Source: Limisphaerales bacterium (lineage in GTDB: Bacteria; Verrucomicrobiota; Verrucomicrobiia; Limisphaerales; JBGAJN01). Taken from it: 64,000 nucleotides of DNA. This document shows, in pieces, positions 37,139 through 46,670 of the stretch. Numbering within the stretch: the stretch's first letter is position 1; each line of letters begins with the position of its first letter. The notes under the pieces were generated by a model, which worked only from the letters and a program-made list of their open reading frames with translations, did not search any database and had not been told where the DNA came from. Both the position numbers and the translations under genes were made by a program. Location of the stretch: NCBI GenBank assembly GCA_044224905.1, contig JBGAJN010000001.1, positions 780,705 to 844,704 of the forward strand, given 5' to 3'.

Positions 37139-38698
37139 TCAGTGCCGGAAATGCCGTACGCCCGTGAAAACCATGGCAACGTTTCGTTCGTCGGCAGCAG
37201 CGATCACTTCGGCATCGCGCATGGAACCGCCGGGTTGAATGGCGGCTGTCGCACCGGCCTCGGCCGCGGCGATTAGGCCGTCGGGAAACGGGAAGAACGC
37301 ATCACTACAAACGACCGAGCCCGTGAGGCTGAGACCTGCTTCGCCAGCTTTCCAAACGGCAATCCGACTGGAGTCCACTCGACTCATTTGCCCAGCGCCG
37401 ATGCCCAACGTGCGCTCGCTGCCGGCGTAAACGATGGCGTTGGATTTCACGTGTTTGACGACACGCCATCCGAAACGCATTGCCTGCCATTCCGCCTCCG
37501 TCGGCTGGCGTTTGGTGACAACCTTTGTATCGGCCGGCGTGAGAACTTTTACGTCGCGCTCTTGAAGCAGGAACGATCCCGCGCCCACGCTCCGCACGTC
37601 CCACGGACGATCGGTAACTGGGTTCTTCAATACTTTCAGCAGGCGGAGATTCTTTTTCTTCTGCAACAAGGCCAGAGCCTCGGGGCTGAAATCTGGCGCC
37701 ACGATGACCTCGCTGAAGATTTCACTGATCGCCTCGGCGCACGGAAGATCCAGTGCCTGATTCACTGCAATAATCCCACCGAACGGAGCCTGCTTGTCGG
37801 TAGCGAAAGCTTTGCCCCAGGCATCCGCCAGACTCGGGCCCTGGCCCAAGCCGCATGGGTTGGTGTGTTTCAGAATCGCGAGCGTGGGTGATTCGCCGGA
37901 GTACTCGCCGATCAACGCGGCCGCAGCGGTGAGGTCGAGGATGTTGTTGTAGGAAAGTTCCTTCCCGTGCAGTTGCTTAAAGTAATTGGAGAAATCACCG
38001 TACAACGCGGCTCGTTGATGGGGGTTTTCACCGTAGCGCAGGCGTTGCGATTGCGACGCGCGAATAATCAGTTCTTCCGGCAACCCATCGGAAGTGGGGG
38101 TTGCGCTCCCGAAAGCCTTCGCGAGATGGCTCGCAATGGCTGCATCGTAAGCGGCAGTGCGGGCGTAAACCTTGGCCGCAAGGCGGCGGCGCAATTCCAG
38201 CGTAGTGTTGCCGGACGCTTGAATTTCCGCGGCAACCTCGACGTAATCCGCGGGGTCAGTGATGACCGTGACGCTCTCGTGATTCTTCGCGGCGCTGCGC
38301 AGCATCGACGGTCCGCCAATATCGATGTTCTCGATTGCTTCATGAATGCTGACGTTGGGCTTGGCGACCGTTTGTTCGAAGGGGTACAGATTCACCAACA
38401 CGAGATCGATGGGCTCGATGCCGTGTGCTTTGGCCGTGGCCTCGTGAGTCGCGTTGCCGCGCAAAAAGAGCAACCCTCCGTGCACCTTCGGATGCAGCGT
38501 CTTCACGCGGCCATCGAGCATCTCCGGATAACCCGTGTAGTCGCTCAGGTCTTGCACTTTCAACCCCGCGTCGCGAAGCGCCTTGGCGGTGCCGCCGGTG
38601 CTGATGAGTTGAACGCCTGATTGGGCGAGGGCGAGGGCAAAAGGAACGAGTCCGGTCTTGTCGGAAACCGAGATGAGAGCGCGTTGAATTTTGGGCAT
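37139..38698 (-). CDS. purH: Bifunctional AICAR transformylase / IMP cyclohydrolase
   Basis: The MGS-like N-terminus, [16 protein letters not shown]...LISTGGTAK, and the AICARFT region, through the C-terminus FTGVRHFRH, are colinear with PurH along the full length. Confidence 0.95.
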   Translation of the reverse strand: MPKIQRALISVSDKTGLVPFALALAQSGVQLISTGGTAKALRDAGLKVQDLSDYTGYPEMLDGRVKTLHPKVHGGLLFLRGNATHEATAKAHGIEPIDLVLVNLYPFEQTVAKPNVSIHEAIENIDIGGPSMLRSAAKNHESVTVITDPADYVEVAAEIQASGNTTLELRRRLAAKVYARTAAYDAAIASHLAKAFGSATPTSDGLPEELIIRASQSQRLRYGENPHQRAALYGDFSNYFKQLHGKELSYNNILDLTAAAALIGEYSGESPTLAILKHTNPCGLGQGPSLADAWGKAFATDKQAPFGGIIAVNQALDLPCAEAISEIFSEVIVAPDFSPEALALLQKKKNLRLLKVLKNPVTDRPWDVRSVGAGSFLLQERDVKVLTPADTKVVTKRQPTEAEWQAMRFGWRVVKHVKSNAIVYAGSERTLGIGAGQMSRVDSSRIAVWKAGEAGLSLTGSVVCSDAFFPFPDGLIAAAEAGATAAIQPGGSMRDAEVIAAADERNVAMVFTGVRHFRH

Positions 38699-38842
38699 AA
38701 ACAGCGGCGCTTAAAGTCCCTCAACCGGCAAAGCGGCGTCAACCGGCAAATGAAATTCTCGTGCGAAAGTGTGTTCCACGAGAACGAATTCAGAGCTTGC
38801 GTTCCCGGCGCGGACTTTGCGACAGTAACGCCCCGCGAAAGC

Positions 38843-38917
<75 letters not shown>

Positions 38918-38939
38918 TCTTTCCTCATTGCGATCAAAT

Positions 38940-40157
38940 TCATTTGATCGCCGCGACTGCCGCTTCCTGAAACACCCGTCGCAGGTCCGATCCGTCGGAA
39001 TTGGGCAGCTTCGCACGCTGAATCAGGAGGACGAAAATCATTCCCCGCTGCGGATCAATCCAGCCCTGTGTCCCGTACGCGCCGCCGTGACCAAACGTGC
39101 CTGGTGAAAGCGACGCCGTGACGCCGGTCGGCTGTCGCACGATGCACCAGCCGAGCCCCCAACCGTTGCCGTCGGTAAAACCAGTTTTCAACTCGCTCGT
39201 CTGCACGCTCGTCATCTGCTGTACGGCGGCCTCCGACAAGTAACGTTTTCCACCAGTAATGCCGCCATTGAGAATCATCTGATAGAACTTCGCGAGGTCG
39301 TGCGCCGTGGAGAACAAGCCGCCGGCGGGCATTGGCGTGCGGGTGCGCGCAGTCAGATCGCCGCCGCCCATAAAATAGAGATTGGTTTCCGCCAGCCCCT
39401 TGCCACTTGGTCCGGGGCCATACGATTTCGCGAGACGCTTCGCTTGGCGGCTGGTGGGATAGAGCGTCGTGTCGCTCATTTCAAGCGGACGGAACAAGCG
39501 CTGTTCCAGAAATTCCGGATACGTTTTCCCTGATACCACTTCCACGATGCGTCCAAGCGTGTTGATGCCCGGATTGCAATATTGCCACTTGCTACCCGGG
39601 GCGAAGAGCAACGGCTGTTGCGAGTAACCCATCACGATTTCGGCGAGCGATGCATCTGGCCGCCGTGCGGAAACGTCGGCGAGACCGGACGTGTGCGTGA
39701 GCAAATCGCGGATGGTGATCTTGCGGTCCGGACGTTTGAGAGTGACGCGATCTTTTGTCGCCGACTCGATCAACCACTGCTTCTGGAATTCCGGCAGATA
39801 CTTTTCAACCGGGTCATCCACCGACAGTTTGCCTTCGTCCTGCAGCATCATGATGCACGTCGAGGTGATGGGTTTGGTCATCGACGCGATCCAAAACAAA
39901 TTATCGGTGCGCATCGGCTTCTTCGCTGCGAGATCGGAGTAGCCGACCGCTTCGAGACTGACCACTTTTCCGTTTTGCGCGACGAGCGTCACCGCGCCGG
40001 CGATGGTTTCATCATCGACGAACTTCTGAATTTGCTTCGGCAACTCGGCCAACTTCTGCGCGTCTATGCCCGCGGCGGGCTTGGGCTCCGCGTTGATCGC
40101 GAATGACGTAGCGATTAGCAGTGTGAGAGCGCTGAACGCATAGCGGATGGCTTTCAT
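38940..40157 (-). CDS. Secreted serine hydrolase of the beta-lactamase/transpeptidase-like family (class C/esterase type)
   Basis: Signal peptide: MKAIRYAFSALTLLIATSFA. The S-x-x-K motif lies in WIASMTKPIT. A later Y-x-N-like region (WQYCNPGIN) and a GHGG block are also present. Confidence 0.85.
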   Translation of the reverse strand: MKAIRYAFSALTLLIATSFAINAEPKPAAGIDAQKLAELPKQIQKFVDDETIAGAVTLVAQNGKVVSLEAVGYSDLAAKKPMRTDNLFWIASMTKPITSTCIMMLQDEGKLSVDDPVEKYLPEFQKQWLIESATKDRVTLKRPDRKITIRDLLTHTSGLADVSARRPDASLAEIVMGYSQQPLLFAPGSKWQYCNPGINTLGRIVEVVSGKTYPEFLEQRLFRPLEMSDTTLYPTSRQAKRLAKSYGPGPSGKGLAETNLYFMGGGDLTARTRTPMPAGGLFSTAHDLAKFYQMILNGGITGGKRYLSEAAVQQMTSVQTSELKTGFTDGNGWGLGWCIVRQPTGVTASLSPGTFGHGGAYGTQGWIDPQRGMIFVLLIQRAKLPNSDGSDLRRVFQEAAVAAIK

Positions 40158-40281
40158 GGGTGAATTCTGCCGGAAAGCCGGGCGCCGTTCGACTGAGAAC
40201 TTGGGTTGGCTTGCTGCTTTGAGTCAGTTGAACAACGGGAGCAACGCGCTTAGTGTTCCTCGGCTAAACGAAGCGCGAAGT

Positions 40282-40923
40282 ATGAAAATCAACCCAAAGT
40301 TTTTCCGACCGCTGATAATCTCCCTCGTTTGTTCCGCGGCCCTTGTTGGCAACGCGGTCCTGGGCGCTGATGACGCTGCAACTAAGGGCTCAGCCGCCCC
40401 TCCGGTGACGCTGTCCTATGAGCTGGCGCAGGTGTTGAAAATGCACGAATCCGGCATCAGCGACAACGTGCTCACGGCTTACGTGGAGAATTCCAGATAC
40501 GTAGTGGCCGCCAAAGCAGAAGAGATTGTTCTACTTCGCGATCGCGGCGTTCCCGATTCGGTCATCTTGGCGGCGATTCAAAAGGCGCAAAATCCTGTCC
40601 AACCGATTGCCCAGCCCGCGCCCGCCTACACGCCTCTGCCACCGTCGCCGTCGCCGAGCTATGCGGTCGTGGCGCCGCAGCCGACCGTGATCTACGCGCA
40701 ACCTTCGACCGTGTATGTGCAACCTGAGCCCGTCTACGTGCCAGCTCCCGCTGTTTCGGTGGGCTTCGGATTTTATGATTACGGTTACCGAACGTTTCCG
40801 TTTCGGCCGGCTTACTACGGGCTCGGTTACGGCTACTCCCACTATCCACGCTACTCGTCGGGCTTCGGTGGCGTGAGCGTTGGATTTAGTTTTGGCGGAG
40901 GCCGAGGCTATCACCACCGATGA
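40282..40923 (+). CDS. Secreted hypothetical protein with a Pro-rich linker and a Gly/Tyr-rich C-terminus
   Basis: ATG at 40282, with signal-like MKINPKFFRPLIISLVCSAALVGNAVLG. The linker is rich in PxP/PSP. The tail is GFGFYDYGYRTFPFRPAYYGLGYGYSHYPRY. No recognisable catalytic motif. Confidence 0.55.
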   Translation: MKINPKFFRPLIISLVCSAALVGNAVLGADDAATKGSAAPPVTLSYELAQVLKMHESGISDNVLTAYVENSRYVVAAKAEEIVLLRDRGVPDSVILAAIQKAQNPVQPIAQPAPAYTPLPPSPSPSYAVVAPQPTVIYAQPSTVYVQPEPVYVPAPAVSVGFGFYDYGYRTFPFRPAYYGLGYGYSHYPRYSSGFGGVSVGFSFGGGRGYHHR

Positions 40924-40937
40924 AATCTTCAGCCGTT

Positions 40938-42425
40938 TCAGGGCGTCGTCACCCGGTAGAAGCGATTCGATATCGCTGGTGAAACCGAGTTCGTGACGGA
41001 CAACAGCCGATCAAACGCGGGCGCCGGTAGATTCGTCCAGTTCGTCCACGAGGTTCCTCCGGAAAATCCATCACGGTAACTGACGTGATACGTTTGCCCC
41101 GCGGTTCCGTTGAAGCTCAGAACGAACGCGCCAGGTAGCCAGCGAGCGTCGTCAATTTGCAGCACGCTGTTTCGGTTCCGAGGATCCGTGCCCACGAGGA
41201 ACTCCATCAAGTTCGATTGCCCGTCACCATCCGTGTCGAGTGCGGCGTCTGAGGTGTCGTTCGGATTGAAACCGTTTTTAATCTCCCACGTGTCGGGAAT
41301 GCCGTCGTTATCCGAATCGGCAGGGATGAACTCGAATTGTCGGATCACGATCTCCGCTTCCTGCCCGTTGTTCGGCGCCGCTCCGTTGAACAGCCAGAGA
41401 TTTAGCCGCACGTTTTCATCGCCGCTGGGCGGAACGGATTGCGTGTAAGTCCACTGGCTGATCACGTTGGTCGGCGGGAGATTGGTCCCCTGCAAACCGC
41501 GCACGCTTTGGAAGAACACTTGATTCGTGCGCCAGTCGAATACGTGAGTGGACGGAACCTGCCCCGTTGGCATCTGGTAACGCACGAGATGATTGGTCGC
41601 ATCGAACGGCTGCACGACGAACTGCGCGTTATTTGTGTCTGCGGCGTTGCCCCAGCGCGAGAATTCGAAATCAATTTCCCGATGAGTGAACGCCGGATCG
41701 TCGGTCCACGTGAAGAGTCCGAGAACGAGGTTGCGGTCGAGGTTGTCGACGGGCGAGTCGAGTTGGAATCGATACTGTCCGTAGCCGAAAGTCTTTTGTG
41801 AAAACACTTCGGCGCAGCGCCACTGGCCGTTCGTGTGGGTGACGCGCAGGTGGAGCCGGTTCGATGCGTCGAGCCAGACGTTGTTCGTTGCAGCGGAGAA
41901 GTAGTTCGGACCGGGGCCGAGCAGGTTCGTATCCCCTTTCACCGTCCAGTTAATGCCCGAGAAGGTGATCGTGCGCACGCTGGGATCGGCACGCGTGACG
42001 GAAACCTGCGCCACGCTGTTCGACCCAAGTTCTCCCGGCAACGCAGCGTCGCCCAACAGGAGCGGGGGCGTGTAGTTCGTCCGCACGAGGAATGCGGCGA
42101 TGCGCGTTGCCTGCTCGTCGATGCCGCCGGTGGTGATATCGCAGGCCCAAGTGCTGTTCGTAGTGATTGTGGTCAACGGCGTGACGCCGTTCGGCTTGGT
42201 CCACCAGCCGCCGACGTAGATGTAAACCGCGACGCGGTGCGAGACGGGGGCGGCATTGCGAACCAAACCCGTCAGGTCATTGAACGAGCCAAACGCCGGT
42301 ACACTGACGAACTCGATGGAAGGAATGGTCGTGCCCGACACATGCGCGGGCAGGCAGGCGCCCACAGCAAACGACAACCATAGCGCCGCATGCTTGAACC
42401 AGTGTTCCATGCGGTGGGCTTTCAC
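40938..42425 (-). CDS. Secreted GH16-like (concanavalin-like fold) glycoside hydrolase with a TSP3-like/(F/Y)YRV C-terminal module
   Basis: The E-x-D-x-E catalytic-type motif lies in HREIDFEFSRWG. The signal peptide starts at ATG 42410 (MEHWFKHAALWLSFAVGA); GTG 42425 is the alternative start. The C-terminus has DSDNDGIPDTWE and DTDGDGQSNLMEFLVGTDP and ends NRFYRVTTP. Confidence 0.7.
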   Translation of the reverse strand: MKAHRMEHWFKHAALWLSFAVGACLPAHVSGTTIPSIEFVSVPAFGSFNDLTGLVRNAAPVSHRVAVYIYVGGWWTKPNGVTPLTTITTNSTWACDITTGGIDEQATRIAAFLVRTNYTPPLLLGDAALPGELGSNSVAQVSVTRADPSVRTITFSGINWTVKGDTNLLGPGPNYFSAATNNVWLDASNRLHLRVTHTNGQWRCAEVFSQKTFGYGQYRFQLDSPVDNLDRNLVLGLFTWTDDPAFTHREIDFEFSRWGNAADTNNAQFVVQPFDATNHLVRYQMPTGQVPSTHVFDWRTNQVFFQSVRGLQGTNLPPTNVISQWTYTQSVPPSGDENVRLNLWLFNGAAPNNGQEAEIVIRQFEFIPADSDNDGIPDTWEIKNGFNPNDTSDAALDTDGDGQSNLMEFLVGTDPRNRNSVLQIDDARWLPGAFVLSFNGTAGQTYHVSYRDGFSGGTSWTNWTNLPAPAFDRLLSVTNSVSPAISNRFYRVTTP

Positions 42426-42479
42426 TTCGTTGACATGATATTCGAGTGGGGCGTGCTCGCGGAAGATCGCGCACGCCGG

Positions 42480-45194
42480 CTAGCGGACAACTTCGACGCG
42501 ATAATAGCGCTTTCCGTTCGCCGGCGATCCGCCCGTGAGTGTGAAATCATCCACAAACGTTTGCGTCGAGGGCGTGCCGATGGGCGCGGAATCCATTTCC
42601 GCCGTCACGGATCGGACGATCTCGGTGAACACGCCGTTGTAGTCGCCCGACGCAGCGCCGTCGCTGAACATCACTCGATACCGCACGCTGCCGATGGAGT
42701 TCCACGTGACGATGAACTGTCCGAGCGCATTTCGCGTGACGGCGGGCGTTTGCAGGCTGGACAGCGTGCTGGTCGGATCGGTGAACGCGAAGTATTCCTG
42801 CAAATTGCTGAAGCCATCACCGTCGGAATCAGTGTTCGGATTGGTGATGGAGTATGCGATCTCCCACGCGTCGGGGAGTTGATTGCCATTCGTGTCTGGG
42901 AGCGGGAGAACGTTCAGCGTGACCGTCAATTGCGCGTTGGTGATGCCGTCGCTCACGAGGAAGGTGAAGCTGCCCGAACCCGTGAATCCGTGAGCGGGCG
43001 TGTAGGTGAAGACGCCGTTGGTGGGGTTCAGATTGGAGAGCAAGCCATGTTGCGGCAGCGCGTCGGGTTGAAAAGTCAGGGCGTCGTGGTTCAAGTCGCT
43101 TGCCGATATGAAGAGATTCGTGACGCTGTCCGCGGGAATGTTCACAACGAGATTGCTCACCGCGGGCGGTGTGTTGGTTTTGAAAATGGTAAATGTGTCG
43201 TTGATGGCGCCGGTTTCGCGGAGGAAAGTCGCGTCGAGGCGGTCGCCATCGACGTCGAGCACGAGCGAGCCGAGATTGTTCAGCGAAACTACCATTGCCG
43301 GGTGCGTGCCGATGAATCCTCCGGTCGCGCCCGAGCTTCCCATGACCGTGTACACGGTGCCTTTGTGCGCCGGGAGACCGCGCGGCTTTCCGTAGCCACC
43401 AACGCCGTTCGTCTGGCGTCCATCGCCGGGGATTACGATCATCGAATTGGTATTAAAATTCGTGGAGGGCCCGTAGTGGCCATCGATGAAATAGCTTCGT
43501 TCGTAAACGTGGCTGTGGCCTGCCAGCACCAGGTCAACGCCGCCCGCTTCGAGAATGGGCAGGATGTTCTGCCGCATTTCGATCGATTCCGTAGCGGTAT
43601 CGGAGTTGTGCGAACCTTTCGTGTAAGCGGGGTGATGCCAGTAAGCGATGAGCCAACGATTGGTCGTTTCTGCAAGGTCGCCTTGCAACCAGATCGCCAT
43701 GTCCGCATTTGAGCCGCGATTGGCTGTCATGGAATCAAGGCAGATGAAGTGGATGTTGCCGTAGTCGAACGAGTAATAGTGCTCGGTCCCCGAAGCCATG
43801 CCGCCCGATTCACCGTTTTTCGGCAGGGTGAAAATGTCGAAGTAGGGATAGTTGTTGGTGAAAACGTTGGTTCCGCCCGTGTCATGATTTCCCAACGTGG
43901 GCCACGGGACGGCTTTGCGGAACAGTGAGGTGTAAACATCGAACACGCCGGTTTGATACTCGGAATCTGTTCCGGAGTTGTAAGCGTTGTCGCCGAGCAT
44001 GAGCCACACGTCGGTGTGATTGGTGCCGTTGAAATTGTAGTAAGCATCGCGCACTTGCGCCTGAGCGGCAGTGCCGAAACCAAAATCACCAATTGCCCAG
44101 ATGCGCGTCGGCTTCGGCGTGCCCGGTACCGGTGACGTGATGAAATACTGGTTGCTGTCGCTGGCCGTTAGCGTGGCTGTGGAGGTTCCAATCGAGTAAA
44201 AATATTTCGTCTGCGGTGTCAGGCCGCCGACGAGAACTTCGTGTTCGGTGGTGACGGTCGAATTTGTCACAGCCAACGCGAGGTTGTTGGTTGTGCTGCC
44301 AAAGCGCACCACGCTGTCGGTGGGAAAATCGGTGCGCCAGCGAACAATTATGTTGGTCGCTGTGCCCGTCTGAAGATACGGGCCGCGAGTCACGTTGGTG
44401 ACTGCGGGAATCCAAGCCGGGCCATTTATCAACGTGCCGGTCACTCCGTTGCCTGTGGAATCGAACGCGCTCGTTCCGGCATCCTCGTTGAGTCCCCAAC
44501 GCGCAACCAGATTCGCCGCGTTGGTGATTTCCAAGTTCATGTTGTTGGAAATTTGCGTGCCGGTCAGCGCGCGATTCCAGATGCGAACTTCATCAAGCAC
44601 GCCCTTGAAGAAACCGGCCGCTGCCCCCGAGGTCGTAAGTGCGCTGGCCAGCGCCGCGTGTTGGATGCTTTTGAACTCCGGCGTGCGTCCGACAAACAGG
44701 TTCGTTTCCGGCACACCGTTCAAATACAGCGCCCAGTTGGTGCCGTCGTAAGTCACCGCGCCGTGATACCAGACGTTGGTGCTGATGGCGGTGCTGCCCC
44801 ATACGGGATGATTGAGTCCGGGATTTGTTCCGGGCGTGGCCTCTTCAAAGTCAGCGACGAGCACATTGTTGGAAATGCCAAAAAAATAATTGCAGTTCGT
44901 CACCCCGCCGTCGTTCTCGCCGCGCCCTTTGGTGATTAGCGGGATCGCTGTGGTGCCGCCGGTGCCGGTAGAGGTAGTCACGCCGGCGCCTTCGCGCATG
45001 AACCAGCATTCCAGCGTGAACGTGGACAGACCGAGATTGGTTGCCGTGCCGAAGGTGATGTAGTCGTTCGCACCGTCGAAACGCAGGGCATTGGTGCCGG
45101 GCGTCCAAGCGAACGCTGAACACGCGAGACACAGTGAAAGCAGTGACGTGAGGAAGCCCGCGGCGAATGTTGAGGATGAGTGTTGCCTGTTCAT
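42480..45194 (-). CDS. Secreted multidomain protein: LamG-like lectin domain, purple-acid-phosphatase-type metallophosphoesterase, cadherin/Ig-like domain, and TSP3-like/(F/Y)YRV module
   Basis: Signal peptide: FLTSLLSLCLACSAFA. LamG pattern: LRFDGANDYITFG...FTLECWF...DEVRIWNRAL. Metallophosphatase motifs: GDFGFG, GDNAY, GNHD, GHSHVYER. Ig-like block: FTYTPAHGFTGSGSFTFLVSDG. DSDGDGFSNLQEYFAFTDP is present, and the protein ends KRYYRVEVVR. Confidence 0.8.
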   Translation of the reverse strand: MNRQHSSSTFAAGFLTSLLSLCLACSAFAWTPGTNALRFDGANDYITFGTATNLGLSTFTLECWFMREGAGVTTSTGTGGTTAIPLITKGRGENDGGVTNCNYFFGISNNVLVADFEEATPGTNPGLNHPVWGSTAISTNVWYHGAVTYDGTNWALYLNGVPETNLFVGRTPEFKSIQHAALASALTTSGAAAGFFKGVLDEVRIWNRALTGTQISNNMNLEITNAANLVARWGLNEDAGTSAFDSTGNGVTGTLINGPAWIPAVTNVTRGPYLQTGTATNIIVRWRTDFPTDSVVRFGSTTNNLALAVTNSTVTTEHEVLVGGLTPQTKYFYSIGTSTATLTASDSNQYFITSPVPGTPKPTRIWAIGDFGFGTAAQAQVRDAYYNFNGTNHTDVWLMLGDNAYNSGTDSEYQTGVFDVYTSLFRKAVPWPTLGNHDTGGTNVFTNNYPYFDIFTLPKNGESGGMASGTEHYYSFDYGNIHFICLDSMTANRGSNADMAIWLQGDLAETTNRWLIAYWHHPAYTKGSHNSDTATESIEMRQNILPILEAGGVDLVLAGHSHVYERSYFIDGHYGPSTNFNTNSMIVIPGDGRQTNGVGGYGKPRGLPAHKGTVYTVMGSSGATGGFIGTHPAMVVSLNNLGSLVLDVDGDRLDATFLRETGAINDTFTIFKTNTPPAVSNLVVNIPADSVTNLFISASDLNHDALTFQPDALPQHGLLSNLNPTNGVFTYTPAHGFTGSGSFTFLVSDGITNAQLTVTLNVLPLPDTNGNQLPDAWEIAYSITNPNTDSDGDGFSNLQEYFAFTDPTSTLSSLQTPAVTRNALGQFIVTWNSIGSVRYRVMFSDGAASGDYNGVFTEIVRSVTAEMDSAPIGTPSTQTFVDDFTLTGGSPANGKRYYRVEVVR

Positions 45195-46039
45195 CGCGCT
45201 TTTAAGGTGGTTGCTGCGGTCGTGCCGATCCGGAGTTCAGCTCGCAAGCGTTGCTCCAGATCGCGGACGGCCTGCGTCTCACGGCTTCGACTCGGCAACG
45301 ACTCAATCGCGTGCAACGCGGCGGCAAAGGCTTGTTTCGATTCGTCCATGCGCCCGGCTTGACGGAGAATTTCGCCACGTCGCGTTAACCACGTTTCCTG
45401 GCGGTGAAATTGTTTGGCGACTTGATCGAGACGTTGGAGTGCGCCATCGAAATTCTTACGCCTCAGCTCTAGATCAATGGCTGCTTGTTGCAGGGTTACC
45501 AGCGAGCCGAGCTTCTTGATTCCCTCGTCCAGACTGCGGAGCGCGGCATCGACTCCGGATGGCTCGACCGCTGCCAGGCAATGAGCGCGCTCGAGATATT
45601 GCTCCGGCTGAGGTTCGCGAGTCAGGCCGAGTGCGCGGGTGTAGTCGGCTGCCGCGTGTTCATTCCGTCCGAGTTTCGCCAACGCTCGAGCGCGGGTGAT
45701 CAGCGCTTCGCCATGATCCGGTTGCCGTGCGAGAAATGAATCGAGACTGCGAACGGCGTCGCCGGCGCGATTCGCTTCCAGCAAGATGCGACCGCGATAG
45801 AAATCGATGACGATCAAGTCGGGTGCAGCTTTCGAAGCGCGTTCCAGGTCGGCAAGCGCGAGATTCCAATCGCGGTGTGCGCGGTGCAACTCGGCGCGAC
45901 GCAGATGGAGCTCGGGGTTATTCGGCGTTTGCTCCAGCGCGCGAGTTGTTGCTGCAATTTGCTCGTGAAGATCACCGTGCGCCCAGACGGTGAAGGGCAG
46001 AATACAGACGAGCAACAGACTCGAGACAGGTCGGTTCAT
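45191..46039 (-). CDS. Secreted/periplasmic TPR-repeat protein
   Basis: Signal peptide: MNRPVSSLLLVCILPFTVWA. There are about six TPR-like A-x-x-x-Y/L helical pairs. Its stop overlaps the start of the downstream gene (ATGA at 45191-45194). Confidence 0.8.
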   Translation of the reverse strand: MNRPVSSLLLVCILPFTVWAHGDLHEQIAATTRALEQTPNNPELHLRRAELHRAHRDWNLALADLERASKAAPDLIVIDFYRGRILLEANRAGDAVRSLDSFLARQPDHGEALITRARALAKLGRNEHAAADYTRALGLTREPQPEQYLERAHCLAAVEPSGVDAALRSLDEGIKKLGSLVTLQQAAIDLELRRKNFDGALQRLDQVAKQFHRQETWLTRRGEILRQAGRMDESKQAFAAALHAIESLPSRSRETQAVRDLEQRLRAELRIGTTAATTLKAR

Positions 46040-46211
46040 GGGGTTAGCTGAGTTCGCCTATTGTATCTCCGCTTAGGAAACCACGTCAACGGCCAACGCC
46101 CGGCGATTTGCTCTCTGCTTCAGGGCGGGGCGGTTTCACGCCTATCGACTTGGTGTGAATTGTTTGGTAGATAATGCGTCAGCCCCTACGAGCCGATAAA
46201 TATTTGTAACG

Positions 46212-46655
46212 ATGAAAATCACTCAAGCACTGCTGGCCGAACATGTGGTCTTCCACAATCTCTTCGACCACGTCGAGAAAACCGCGCCCAAACTGCGGAC
46301 CCTCGCCGAGGTGCGCCTGCTCGCGGCAACGCTCGAAGCGATGCTCGCGGTGCACTCCAAGGTGGAGGATCACCTCTTGATGGAGCCGCTCGATCCGAAT
46401 CTTCACCAACTCGGCCAGCACGAGAATTTTCACGCAGAGCACGAGGAGATTGACCGAATCTTGACCACCATCCGCACGGCGCGGCAGGTGGCGGTGGCGC
46501 GTCATGCTTTGGGTCGTGCGGTCGCCGTGGCGCGACGCCACTTCGACAAGGAAGAGCGAATCGTGTTCCCGCTCGCGGAAAAGATCCTCAGCGCGAAGAC
46601 GCTGCTGGAACTTGGCCGGCGATGGGCGGTCGAGCGCCGCGATCTCGTGGCTTAG
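46212..46655 (+). CDS. Hemerythrin-like (HHE cation-binding) domain protein
   Basis: H-x-x-x-E/H ligand pattern: LAEHVVFHNLFDHVE, HAEHEEIDRIL, HFDKEERIVFP. Confidence 0.75.
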   Translation: MKITQALLAEHVVFHNLFDHVEKTAPKLRTLAEVRLLAATLEAMLAVHSKVEDHLLMEPLDPNLHQLGQHENFHAEHEEIDRILTTIRTARQVAVARHALGRAVAVARRHFDKEERIVFPLAEKILSAKTLLELGRRWAVERRDLVA

Positions 46656-46670
46656 TTGCTGGAGCGGCGA

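Noticed and set aside
42390-43712. 440-aa plus-strand ORF opposite the LamG/metallophosphatase gene
   Set aside because: It is a shadow ORF. The minus frame carries all the metallophosphoesterase motifs.
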